From Podarcis pityusensis (taxonomy: Eukaryota): 64,000 nt of DNA. The stretch's first letter is position 1. Each line of letters begins with the position of its first letter. Made by a program: the position numbers and the translations under genes. Where the stretch lies: assembly GCA_964106645.2 (NCBI GenBank), contig OZ067043.1; one strand, written 5' to 3'. Under the pieces are notes generated by a model that had not been told where the DNA came from, ran no database searches, and worked only from the letters and a program-made list of their open reading frames with translations. This document shows, piece after piece, positions 31,701-42,699 of the stretch.

Positions 31701-34700
31701 TAAGACTACCATGTCACATTTCTTCATAATTTGCAGGGTTTTTGTACTTAAAAGTGGGGATATACAACGGCTTTGAATGAATCCCAAGCCAAAGCAGGGT
31801 GCTTTGCAGGGATTCTGGGATTGTCTGAGACAAAGTGGAACCTCTTCAAGGATCCAGAGACAAAGTGGGGATTTCCCAAAGTGCCTCATGGCACCGTGAC
31901 AACTCTGACAATTGTCTGCTGAAATCAAAACTAATGTAGCTAACCTTAGTGTATAAGGAAAACACAAGGGGTGTGGAACGGCTGAAGTAGAACAAATGCC
32001 ATGGTAAGGGGGGCGGGATTCTGCTGTGATGTGACTGACAGGTCAAGCTTGTAACCAGAGGGAATGAGTTCACCTGGAGTCTTCAACCCCAGTGCTTTGT
32101 GAGGAGGAAAGGAAATCCTTTTTAGTTCTGTCCCCTGCCTCCCAAGATTAACTTTAAAAGTCCCTAGTTCACAAAAGTTGAACCAATTTGTCTGCCATTG
32201 GCAAGTTTCATACCTAGGGAAACCTCTTTCGTGTCTGGTTTCCGAACAATTGCCCTCAAAAGACATGGGAAGTTTAAGTGGACACTTTTTACCCATCCCC
32301 AAACTGTGAAGGCTGTCCTTGTGGGAAAACCAATGAAGCTATCATTCAAAAATTTGACAGGATTCATCTTTCTTGGAGACTCTGATGCCTGCAAATTTCA
32401 TCCAATAGTGGGGGAGGGGGAAAAGTTTCCTTAGAAAAATAACCATAAAATTTCAAAGGTACCTGACAGAAAAAAGCCCCACCCTGGAACTATTTGGCTG
32501 GCTGAATCCGCTGTGGAGCGGCAAATGTGCCTGCAAATTTTATCCACTGTAAAAAGGGGGGAAGGTATAGCTTAAAAAACAACAACAACCCAATAGTGAA
32601 TGAGGGGAAATGAAATCTTGTTTTTCCCCAACTCAGACTCAGAAGCACTTGGGACTGAGGCATGTTGTTTTCTGAAGTACTGACTCAAGGTCCAAACTGA
32701 ATCTTCTGTTTGGTGCACACCCCTAATTTAAACTTTGCTGCCTCTTATATGACTAGATGAAATGCTCCAGGGAAGTCCTTGTGATACTACATTATGGAAT
32801 AGGCGCTTGCAAAACCTATATGAAGGTGATGTAAACAAGCAGACAGGATCCCCACGTGAATGTTCTGTGTTGCCTATATTCTTACCTGCCAAACATGGCA
32901 AAAGGAGATGGAGGAGGTACAGTGTGTATAAAATGGAACCCTGCATTCCAGCTAAGGAGAAGGGAAATGGGAAGGATTTAGGAGAGACCTGATGCAGTGG
33001 GAGCAATGGGTGACATCACATGGCTGATTTGGAAACTGGGATTTAGACTGTGTCAGGTGTAGCTTGGACCACCCAGGTTCTGTGCTCCTGAACCCATTCG
33101 TGGCTTGACTGATTCCCATCTCTCCTGCTTGTCCTCTGCAGGCTGCCATACTCTGGCTACTTCGGAGGTGTCTCTGGCCTGAGCAAGACACAGTTTCTGA
33201 AGATCAATGGCTTCCCTAACGAGTACTGGGGCTGGGGTGGGGAAGATGACGACATCTTTAACCGGTGCGTGAGAGGCTGGGCCAAGCCTAGCCAGAACTT
33301 GTTCTCTGCAAGTTGGTTGTAGTAGCCATGTAGTCTGTTTTTCCGTGTGGTGTCTCCTGGGAATGTGCTGAGTGGCAGGGAACAGCATTCTCTTCTGGGG
33401 TGGGGTAGCTGTGCAAATGGCAGGTGCCAATATGCAACACCTGCCTTTCCTATAACAATGCTCCCAAATCTGAGAGAGGAGGACATAGGCAGGTAGGTAT
33501 TCCACAGCACATAACAGGCAGGGCCAAATAGAAGGCCTGGGGAGCCAATACTCTGAAAGCCAGAAGGGGTTGGGGGTGCTGAGGACTGGAGGGTGAGGAC
33601 TAACTCCAGCTTTATTTAGAGTTTGCCCCCAACCTGTCTGCTGGTCTTTGAGCTGCACTTTTTCTTTACACAGGATCTCGCTTAATGGCATGAAAGTGTC
33701 ACGTCCTGATGCCCGCATTGGGCGCTACCGCATGATCAAGCACGAGCGTGACCGACACAACGAGCCCAATCCCCAGCGGTGAGAGAGACAATGTGCTTGC
33801 TAGCTCCCTACCTAGTCCATTGCAAGCTACATAAGGAGATAGAAAGCTCCCACAAAATTTCTGCACCATTTCCCTGGGCACATAATGGCTTTCAAGCCTG
33901 ATTTCCAATGGAATATAATCTTCCAGACACATTTTCCCTTTTATAGCATACTACTCTACACCTCGTGAGGAGAGAGGGGCCACATTTGTTTGCCTCCCTG
34001 TAGAATGTCCATGAAACAAACCAAGATAGCCTACAAGTCCTTAGCCTTCCCCCAGAGAGTGTTTTCTATTACTGCGTGTGCATTCCTCTCTTTCTGATCT
34101 ACCCCCAGTTTTAATTCCACTCTCTGCCTCTTCTAAGAGACACAGACATGAATCAGAGTCCCAACCATGCACCAGGTGTGTTTGGTTAAATCTATGTTCT
34201 GCTAGTTCTAGGCAAAGAAAGAGAAAGGGACTCCTGTCCTGTGCCCTAACATTTATTGTCTGGAACCAGAGAAAAGCCACAGCTGGCATGGTTTCAGGGC
34301 AATACACTAAACCTTATTTCATGAGACCCTGACATTCCACTTGAGAAGGTTGTGTGGTGGTAGTAATCACCTATCATGAGAACTAAATGCAGTCACCATC
34401 CATGGCCCTCCAGGATCCTATGACGCCATCACACTTTGAAACCTTGCTATATCATTTGACAGGGACTGTTGTTTTACAGCTGAGCTCTGGGTGGAGAAGC
34501 TCTCTGTTACTTGGGACTTTCAACCTGGAAGGGCTGTGCATGGTGATTGTCCGTTCATGTGTTCAGAAAACACAATTTCATTTTGGAAGTCCCAGTGCTT
34601 TGTATGCTGGAAATCTGACATAAGAAATTGCTTTATTGTGCGTGGATAATGCCACGTAAGGCTCTTCCCAAAATCCTTCCAAGTGGCCTGAGCTGTCATT

Positions 34701-35102
34701 AGATTCTCTATTCCAGGCTTCCTCAAACTCAGCCCTACAGATGTTTTTGGCCTACAACTCCCATGATCCCTAGCTAGCAGGACCAGTGGTCAGGGATGAT
34801 GGGAATTGTAGTTTCGAAACATCTGGAGGGCCGAGGTTGAGGAAGCCTGCTCTATTCCATTCATCAAGGAATGGCTTGTAGGTTTAACTTGAATTAACCT
34901 AACTGCCCACTTTCATGTGTAAGATGACTTTCTCTCTGGTTCTCCTGGCAGGTTCACCAAAATCCAGAATACCAAGGTGACCATGAAACGCGATGGCATT
35001 GGCTCGCTTCAGTACCGCCTGGTGGAGGTGGTTCGTCGTCCCATGTACACCAATGTAACCGTGGAGATTGGCCGCCCACCACCACGCCCCCCTCGGGGCT
35101 GA
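28791..35102 (+). CDS. B4GALT2: Beta-1,4-galactosyltransferase 2 (371 aa, complete CDS)
   Basis: Coding exons 28791-29100, 30392-30627, 31299-31489, 33142-33264, 33674-33778, 34952-35102 (1116 nt, GT-AG, phases consistent). N-terminus MSRLLVGVTLERICKAVLLLCLLHFL (type II anchor); motifs FNRAKLLNVGF, FSDVDLVP and WGWGGEDDD; C-terminus ..IGRPPPRPPRG*. Synteny with ATP6V0B and CCDC24. Confidence 0.97.
29856..30107. mobile_element. Tc1/mariner (Tigger/pogo-like) non-autonomous DNA transposon
   Basis: TA|CAGTGGTACCT ... AGGTACGACTG|TA: imperfect TIRs flanked by TA target duplications. Confidence 0.85.
34714..34849. mobile_element. hAT-type MITE
   Basis: Perfect 13-bp TIRs CAGGCTTCCTCAA / TTGAGGAAGCCTG; perfect 8-bp TSD CTCTATTC (34706-34713 / 34850-34857). 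Confidence 0.9.
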
Positions 35103-36479
35103 CTCTTTGCTGCCTGGCTCTGCCCATGGCCCCATGCATGAGGAGCTGTGCGGATCCCAGCCCTGACTGGTTCAGAGGACTGTGTCCTGGCTTGGAGGAG
35201 CTGTCTGCCTCCTTTGTGGGGATGCGGGAAAGGCCAAGACTACACCTTCGCCTTGCCCCAGCCTTTGGCTGAAGCCCATCTCCTGATCACTAGTCAGTTC
35301 TTCACAGTGCCCTTCACAGGTTGGGGAGGAAGTGTGAGTGTGACGTGGTGCCTGGCGCAGCGCTTAGGGGTCCTGGGCACAGCCAAGCCCCACTCCTGGC
35401 TGGAAGGCACTGAGAGCAGAGAAACCTTGTGCAGGTTCTTGAACCTCCCTATCCTCTCCCAGAACTTTTCACAGAGCGGCATCCCTTAAGGATCCCGGAA
35501 GTACAGTACAGGTAGTTGTTTTCCTTTCCTCTCAGTGTGCAAGAGTGCCGTCTGAGCCTTCCTTCCAGGGGGTGGCCTGGCCTTACGACAAATGCCAGCT
35601 CGCAAGGTGTCCAGGTGGTTCACTTGTGCCCAGCTGAGGAGAAGCTCTTCCAAAGGAGAAGCTCTCATGGGCCTGGCCACTGCCCACCTCCATTCATGGC
35701 TTGGTGCTGTCCCCCTGCTGGGCCCTGGGTGTCACTTCTGGCTCCAGTAACACAGGGGTGTTTTATACAAAACCCTCATTAGAATACTTGAGTGCTTCCT
35801 GGGTTAGTGTGACAGGTAGCCTGTCTGTCAAGGGACAACAGGTCATTCTTCCTAGCAGTGTTTGCTCTTCTGTCTGTGAATGGGGAATATTGGTTGGGCA
35901 GTGTGTGCTTCACTTCTCAGCAAGGGTGGAATCAAAATGGCATGGTTCGGCCTACTCTCTGGTGTGGGCTAGCTTCTCTTTTTTACAGGCACCGATGGGC
36001 CTATGGCCATGGCTACAGAACAGAGGAAGGTGAAGTTGGCTTCTTGCTGCCTGTCCCCTACCTCTCACCTCCAACCCACTTACCCCATTCCAACCCTCAC
36101 TCACCAATCAACCTTCCCGCCATCTGCCAGGCAACCTGCCGTTGACCACTCATCGTGCCCTCTTTGTCAAGCTGCCATCTGCCACCACCTGAGGCCAGGC
36201 CCCTGGGTCCGACCGTCTGCTCATGACACATGGTGGCCGTGTGCCTAATTCCTGGAGCTAGGAAGCTGCTGGTGTCCCTCATCTCTGGTTATGGTGCCTG
36301 GCAGGTAGAATCTCCTGCGCCGGTCCACTTTGGGATGGCAGCTGGGCCAGGCTTGAAGCCAGGCACCAGCGTGTTGCGCAGCCCAGGTGTTGGTGACTTT
36401 TGTACATTTGAATGTTTTGATCCCTTTTCAAGCCTATGGTGAATGCAGCACTGGTCACTACGATCAGACTTTTGTATTC

Positions 36480-36485
36480 AATAAA
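36480..36485 (+). terminator. Poly(A) signal of B4GALT2
   Basis: AATAAA preceded by TGTA elements, about 1.4 kb after the stop codon. Confidence 0.75.
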
Positions 36486-36738
36486 GTTTCAAAACTTGGG
36501 AGACTCCTTGCCTATGGGATTCAGGTGGGGTCTGTGGATAGAGGCAACACTGCAGGTTTATGCAATCTATCTTGGCAAGGTACAAAATTAAGAATTAAAT
36601 TCGTTTCCAAATGAATGGCACCTCATTGTGCTTCCCCAACATGTTTGTTTAAAGCAGGGACTGGGTTTTCTGGCCCAGGAAACTCTGGGCGTAGTTACTC
36701 AGCCCAGAAGACAAGAGAGAACTATTCTACAAGGTTCT

Positions 36739-36744
36739 TTTATT
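36739..36744 (-). terminator. Probable poly(A) signal of the Brorin-family gene
   Basis: TTTATT on + (AATAAA on -) about 470 nt downstream of the stop at 37213. Confidence 0.6.
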
Positions 36745-36849
36745 GATGCTCACACACAGAGAAAAACTGTTCAATAGTAGCAAAAGATGCTATGTTTAGT
36801 TGAAGCTGGAGTGGGAATGTGGTGGTGGTTGGTGGGTGATTCCCTAAAT

Positions 36850-36972
36850 CATATGGGGAACCTCTAGCTCTCAAGATGTGGCTAAATTATTCCTAACCAT
36901 TAGCCATGCTGGCTACAGCTGATGGGAGCTGGGAGTCCAACTATATCTGAACGGCCACAGGTTGCCCACCCA
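36850..36972. mobile_element. Degenerate hAT-type MITE in the predicted 3' UTR of the Brorin-family gene
   Basis: Same internal motif as the other copies (GCTGATGGGAG..GGAGTCCAAC..ATCTG..GGCCACAGGTT); flanks CCCTAAAT / TCCTAAAT resemble an 8-bp TSD. Confidence 0.6.
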
Positions 36973-37212
36973 TCCTAAATAAAACGGGCTTTCTCATATG
37001 AGCTACTCCCCTGTTTAATAACTCTAGACATTGTCAAGGGAAAGGGGGTAGATCTTGAAAGGGGTCTGCGACTGGCAATTGCTTATGTGTATGGTTGAAG
37101 GAGTTGGGCCAGGGCTGGGTGTAAGGGCACACTAGGGCTTGTCTGGGTAAGCAGAAGCCTTGCAGGTGCTGAAGAATGGCTGGCCCAGGAATTGTTTGGT
37201 GTTTGGAGCAGC

Positions 37213-40200
37213 TCAGGTGTGATGTGCACCTGTAGCCCGGCATCCCCGTAGCCGCTCGCATTTAGCTAAGCGGTTTCCTTCCCAGTAACCGGCGTCCTGG
37301 CCATCATGACAGCGGCAACGGGTGCAGGGCCCCACCCATATGCTCTCCCCAGCAGGAATTACGCGTCGCTGGCTCCCATCCACGTAGCAGTTGGGCCCTG
37401 TGGAGAGACATGTCCATGTATTAGAGTCTGCCATTGTTTGCAGAAGTCTCATCATGACTTTTAGAAGCAGAAATGGCAAGCAGTTTAAGAGTACATGTGT
37501 AGGTGGGGCAACCCAGCCAGATGGGCGGGGTATAAATAATAAAATTATAAATTATTATTACTCCAGCCTTGCACCCCTATCCTCTACCGGGAGCTCACCT
37601 AGTGCCTGTTTGTCCACAGGTTCTGTGCTACAGGCTGCTTTTGTACCAGGAGGACATTTTTCATTTTGGGGGGAGCCCCTCTTCTAACACTAGGGCCAAA
37701 CACCTGCCAAATCCTTCAAGATGAGGTGGGGGTTACCAGGTGTCCCACCATCATTTCTAAGTAGGAGGCTTCCTGTTCAGTTAAGCAACCTTGTGTCTGG
37801 TCAGCTTGGCCCAATTCCTCTCACTTCCCTGCTCCAGTAGGACAGGGGCCCTGAACAACGAGGGAGACAAAGTTCTCTCCCCCTTCTGGACAGCTTGAAG
37901 TGGAACACTTGTCCCTTGCTGTGAAGGTGTGTCTTTCTCACCGTCCTCACAGGTGGGGCAGCAGTGGCCCTTCTCGTAGACTGGATTGACACAGGGAGGA
38001 GGGGCGCAGTCTGCCACTAGGCAACGAGCGATGCCATCTAGGTCACAGGTACACTGCTCGCACTCTGAGGGCTGTGAGAGACAAATATTGGTCAATAGAG
38101 CAAGGCAGCTTTACGTGGACAGCACATGGTTATGATGATGATGATGCAGCTGCTACCCTGTTTCCCTCCCCCTTTTCCTCCTAATGAAATTAGGCTGAGA
38201 GAAATAGGTTACCCATCCACCCCACACCACCAGGTTGCAGAATTGACTGGATTTTGCAGTTCCAGAATGAATTAGTCATGTCTTCTGTCTGTAACTTGCA
38301 AAAAGAGATGTGTGTATGCAAGCAGGTGGGAAACTCATGCCTCAGATACTTAATTGGATTAGGCTCCTGACTGCATCTTTGCTTACCTGTATCTGTGCTT
38401 TAAGTATCAGGGGAGGGGGTGATCACAAAAGAAATATAAGGCCCATCATCTTCCTTTTTTTGTAATGTGTGAAGAAGCATTCCAAACTGAATGCATAGCC
38501 ATGGCAGTACTGGGATTATACCATCAGATGGCACTATCAACCAAGAATTGATAGATAAGGAGGGAGGAAAAGCTTCTGTACCAATCTCCCTTGACTTTTC
38601 TGAGGAAAATACAATTTTCTGAGGAAAATACAATTTTCTGAGGAAAATACAATTTTCTGAGGAAAATACAATCTTTAAATAATCTTCCCAACAATACTAT
38701 ACTAGCTACTATGGATGTGGAATCTCTGTATACCAGCATCCCACACAACGATGGTTTACAAGCTATAAGGAACACCATTTCAGATAAAACCACAGCGGAC
38801 CTTGCCACCAAACTCTGCCAATTTGTCCTTACCCACAACAACTTCAAATTCGGTAATGACCTGTTCCTTCAGATCAGCGGCACAGCAATGGGCACCCGCA
38901 TGGCCCCACAGTATGCCAACATCTTCATGGCAGATTTAGAACAACGTTTCCTAAACTCCTACCCACTCAAACCTCTCTTGTACCTGCGATACATTGACGA
39001 TATTTTTATCATCTGGACACATGGTCAACAGACCCTGGACACCTTTCACCAGAAATTTAATGATTTTCACCCCACAATCAACCTAACAATGAATCAATCT
39101 ATGCAAGAAATACATTTTTTGGACACTACTATAAAAATACAGGATGGGCGCATAGACACCACCTTATACCGTAAACCAACTGACCGACAAACATATCTAC
39201 ATGCCTCTAGCTACCATCCCAAACATACCAAACAGTCCATTGTATACAGCCAGGCACTACGTTACAGCCGCATCTGTTCCAATTCTACAGACAGAGACTC
39301 TCACCTAAGAGATCTACAGCAAACCTTTTTAGAACTAAAATACCCAGCAGATGAAGTTAGACAACAGATCAACAGAGCCAGACTGATACCCAGAGAGAAC
39401 TTGCTGCAAGACAGACCCAAAAAAGAAAATAACAGAACACCTCTAGTCATCACATACAGCTCCCAAGTTAAAACAGTACAACGCATCATCAGAGATCTAC
39501 AACCTCTCCTGGACAATGACAGTTCTCTTTCTCAAGCTCTGGGAGGAAGACCTTTCATTGCCTACAGACAGCCACCCAATCTTAAACAACTCCTAACCCA
39601 CAATAATACTACAACCAGACTTAACACCGACACTGGCACCAGAGCCTGTAATAAACCCAGATGCCAACTTTGCTGCCACATACACCCGGACAACACCATT
39701 ACTGGCCCCAACAACATCACACATACCATCTCGGGACTATTTAATTGCTCATCGTCTAACATTGTGTATGCCATCAAATGCCAACAGTGTCCTTCAGCTC
39801 TCTATATTGGACAAACAGGCCAAACCTTACGCCAAAGAATAAACGGACATAAATCAGACATCAAGAATCACAAAACAGAGAAACCAGTAGGAGAACACTT
39901 CAATCTCCCAGGACATTCTATACAAGATCTCAAAGTAGCTGTTTTGCTACAAAGGAATTTCAGAAATAGACTGGAAAGAGAAGCTGCTGAATTGCAACTC
40001 ATTACCAAACTTAAAACCATGGAGAGACCTGGTTTGAACAAAGACATTGGATTCTTATCTCATTATACATGACTAAGCCATTTCTCACCTTCTCACCCCT
40101 TGCCTTTTCCTGTAAGACCTATTGCAGTCGTTAAGAGTCGTCAACAGGCTCATCCCAGCTATCTGCCAATCACCCATTCCCACCACCCTTCTGAGTAATA

Positions 40201-42689
40201 CCCCTCCCCACCTTCTCACTATATAGAAGGATCTGGCAACTTCTGTTTCAGTGTATCTGAAGAAGTGTGCATGCACACGAAAGCTCATACCAAGAACTAA
40301 CTTAGTTGGTCTTTAAGGTGCTACTAGAAGGAATATTTTTTATTTTGACTATGGCAGACCAACACGGCTACCTATCTGTAATCTGTCCCTTGACTTTGTG
40401 TATCTTGTCAGCTCTGGCCAACTCAAGATTACTCTCAAATAATCATGCGGCTGGCCACTGGGGAAACTGACTGGTCATAAGAAAATGTTGAATAGAGAAA
40501 ACTGTGAGTGAGTGAGAGATTGTCCCCAGTAGCACAGAACCATCAAGGATCCCAATATGCTAAAAAGGCCCATGAATGTGTTTTGGAACCCATTAACCAA
40601 TCAAGCTCCTCCTTAAAATATCCAGCAAAGGATACTGAAGTCATTTTCAGCACCTCACCTCTCATTCGCCTTCTCACTTGCAAAACATGAGGTAATTCTA
40701 GCCAAGCCACATGCTTTTGTTCTCTGCCCTAAGGGGAAAGTTCCAAGATTCTACCATCTGTCAAATTCCCTCCCTCCTGAACTAATAGATTGGTTGTCTG
40801 ATTTCACACCTTCAGGGTGGGTGATGATAAAGACTGGGCTCCATTGAAGTTCAAGTGGTTGCAAATAAAAACATTGGTCACTTGTTCTAGATCACTCATC
40901 ACAATACTTTAAAATAACAAAGCTGGAAGATGACATCAACATTTAACACCAAAAATCATATCTTAATGATGTAATTGTCCATGATCATCTTTATAACTCC
41001 AGGGAAGGAGATTGCACAACTTCACTGGCAAGTTGATATCTTGTTCTTACTACAAACCTACAGTACAAAGGAAAGTGTTTACCCTTCCTAATTACAGAAT
41101 TTTTCTCTCTCTAGATCTACAGCACTTGTCTTGCTTGTAAGCAAATGTAAGATAACCTAGTTCCAGGAGGTGCTGGGAAGCAGCCCTATATTACTGTATC
41201 CACAACCCAGATGTTCTGGACCTAGAGCAAAATGGCCATCCCTAGTAAAGAACTGAGAAGCTTTGGCTGAGCAAAGTATTTTAGGGCAAGTTAGGCCCCA
41301 GCTAAATGGTTCTGGATAATCAGAAGCTTGCTTCCTATTATATGATATTTTGGTTGGCCATAATAAAGTTATTATTTGGGGGGAAATTATGGCTCAATAT
41401 GGCTTTGCAGAAAGCATTTACTTTCTGTGTACCTTTCAATAGAATTTTGTGTTTGGGTAAATGGGACAGGCCAAGAGATAAGTCATCAAACAGACACACA
41501 ATAATTTGGTGTTTAGCTAACGGACAATTCACCTAGGAAGAACCCCACTGCCCATTCTTTGACTATATGTAGCAACTGGTCCTTTCTTCATCAATACACT
41601 TATTTTTTGCAAACACTCAATTCATGCTATCCAAAGAGGCATGGAGCCCAGGAATGGAGGGCTTTGATCTTCCACCTGCAGCCTCAGGGCCAGAATTTGA
41701 CTCCCTTCGGCTAGTGCAGGCTTAGTGCCAAAAATACTCCTTTCCGAACCTACCCTCAATTGTCCAAGTCAGCCATGCTAGAGATTGTTTGGTCTGACTC
41801 AAGTCCTAAAATAAACTACACACATTTTTGGCAGCAACAGACAATAGCCAGAAGCAAGGTCTGAACAGGTCAATGTCAGGCCTAAGAAATGGATGAAAAT
41901 GAAATTCAATTAGTCAAAGGATGCTCAGCTAGGTACTACAGCCAATAAAATTGCCTTCTGAATTATTGGTTTTATGGGAACATCTTAAGAGCACCTCCAG
42001 CTTCATAGAGCACTTTTGATTTGGTGCTTCTCGCCCACTTTGGAAAAATGCAATTTATTAGTTTTGTTTGTATTTTCTTTTGCTTCAGCCAGTAATAAAC
42101 TATAAAGACACAGCGTTCCTGCTTCCAGTCTCTTACTCTCCTGCCTAGGCCTCCCTTTCAGAACAAGATTTAAGAAACAGAAGGGACTGCTTGAGATTCT
42201 TTTTCAGGAGCGTTCGCTTTTTCTCCTGCTTTTGAATATCCTCACTTTGCCCATCCATCACCTATTCATCCCTGCCCACCTCGCTCTAGATTCCTTCTCA
42301 TGCCACCCCTTTGCCTAATTCTCCCTTGAATGCCTTACCTGGAAATGCTGCCCCAGCTCATACACTTGTCCACGGTGCTCACAGCCAACCCTTTCGCAGC
42401 GTGGGCAGCAGTCGCTGGGGTAGTGGCTGACGTGAATGCAGGCAGGTGGCAGAGCGGTGCAGTCCGTGCGGGCGCAGGCGGGCCCCTCCGCTGTGCACTC
42501 GCACTGGGTGCAGTGGTCACTGTCCAGGAAATACCACTCCCCAACATAGTACAGGCTCCCGTTGGCATCGCACGTGGTCACTGGCCCTGCCAGTCCTGGG
42601 ATGGGCACCAGAGTCAGCAGCAGCAGCGCTAAGCTCAGCTGTGCCAACGGAAAGGGCATCGCTGAACTCGAGGGACAGATGCCGGGCAT
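37213..42689 (-). CDS. Secreted von Willebrand factor C domain protein, Brorin (VWC2/VWC2L) family, 221 aa
   Basis: Coding exons 42689-42339 (phase 0), 38071-37942 (phase 1), 37397-37213; 666 nt, GT-AG. Signal peptide (LAQLSLALLLLTLVPIPGLAG), then CDANGSLYYVGEWYF..CTQCEC..C..CCPRC, CEHRGQVYELGQHFQ|PSECEQCTC..CLVADCAPPPCVNPVYEKGHCCPTCED|GPNCYVDG..IPAG..CTRCRCH..W. An alternative ATG at 42659 is in frame. Confidence 0.9.
38596..38671 (+). repeat. Four perfect tandem copies of 19-bp TTTTCTGAGGAAAATACAA
   Basis: Units at 38596, 38615, 38634 and 38653, at the 5' junction of the Penelope-like element. Confidence 0.95.
38711..40072 (+). CDS. Penelope-like element reverse transcriptase + GIY-YIG endonuclease (N-terminally truncated)
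   Basis: RT motifs DVESLYTSIP, GTAMGTRMAPQYANIFM, RYIDDIF and FLD; Cys linker CNKPRCQLC; endonuclease IVYAIKC..LYIGQT..RQRINGH..E..GLN. The frame is open from about 38654, upstream of this internal Met. Confidence 0.92.
   Translation: MDVESLYTSIPHNDGLQAIRNTISDKTTADLATKLCQFVLTHNNFKFGNDLFLQISGTAMGTRMAPQYANIFMADLEQRFLNSYPLKPLLYLRYIDDIFIIWTHGQQTLDTFHQKFNDFHPTINLTMNQSMQEIHFLDTTIKIQDGRIDTTLYRKPTDRQTYLHASSYHPKHTKQSIVYSQALRYSRICSNSTDRDSHLRDLQQTFLELKYPADEVRQQINRARLIPRENLLQDRPKKENNRTPLVITYSSQVKTVQRIIRDLQPLLDNDSSLSQALGGRPFIAYRQPPNLKQLLTHNNTTTRLNTDTGTRACNKPRCQLCCHIHPDNTITGPNNITHTISGLFNCSSSNIVYAIKCQQCPSALYIGQTGQTLRQRINGHKSDIKNHKTEKPVGEHFNLPGHSIQDLKVAVLLQRNFRNRLEREAAELQLITKLKTMERPGLNKDIGFLSHYT
40253..40290 (+). 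ncRNA. Minimal type I hammerhead ribozyme in the Penelope-like element 3' end
   Basis: GTAT-CTGAAGA-A-GTGTGC/AT/GCACAC-GAAA-GCTC-ATAC: helix I GUAU/AUAC, core CUGANGA and GAAA, palindromic helix II, helix III reduced to AGCU. Predicted cleavage after C40286. Confidence 0.85.
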
Positions 42690-42699
42690 GGGAGTTGGC

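Larger units (their letters stand above)
38599..40385 (+). mobile_element. Penelope-like retroelement (probably Neptune-type), 5'-truncated
   Basis: RT + GIY-YIG ORF; 3' pLTR-like end with hammerhead motif; 12-bp TSD TCCCTTGACTTT at 38587-38598 and 40386-40397. Confidence 0.93.

Noticed and set aside
33053-33718. 221-aa minus-strand ORF within B4GALT2
   Set aside because: Spans exon and intron antisense with no domain or splice support; most likely a chance ORF.
38596-38671. Direct repeats beside an RT gene, superficially like a CRISPR or retron/DGR array
   Set aside because: Contiguous units with no spacers, derived from the element's own coding sequence, in a vertebrate intron.
37213-42689. 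Assigning the symbol VWC2 or VWC2L
   Set aside because: Synteny and the divergent N-terminal half argue against orthology; left unnamed pending a phylogeny.
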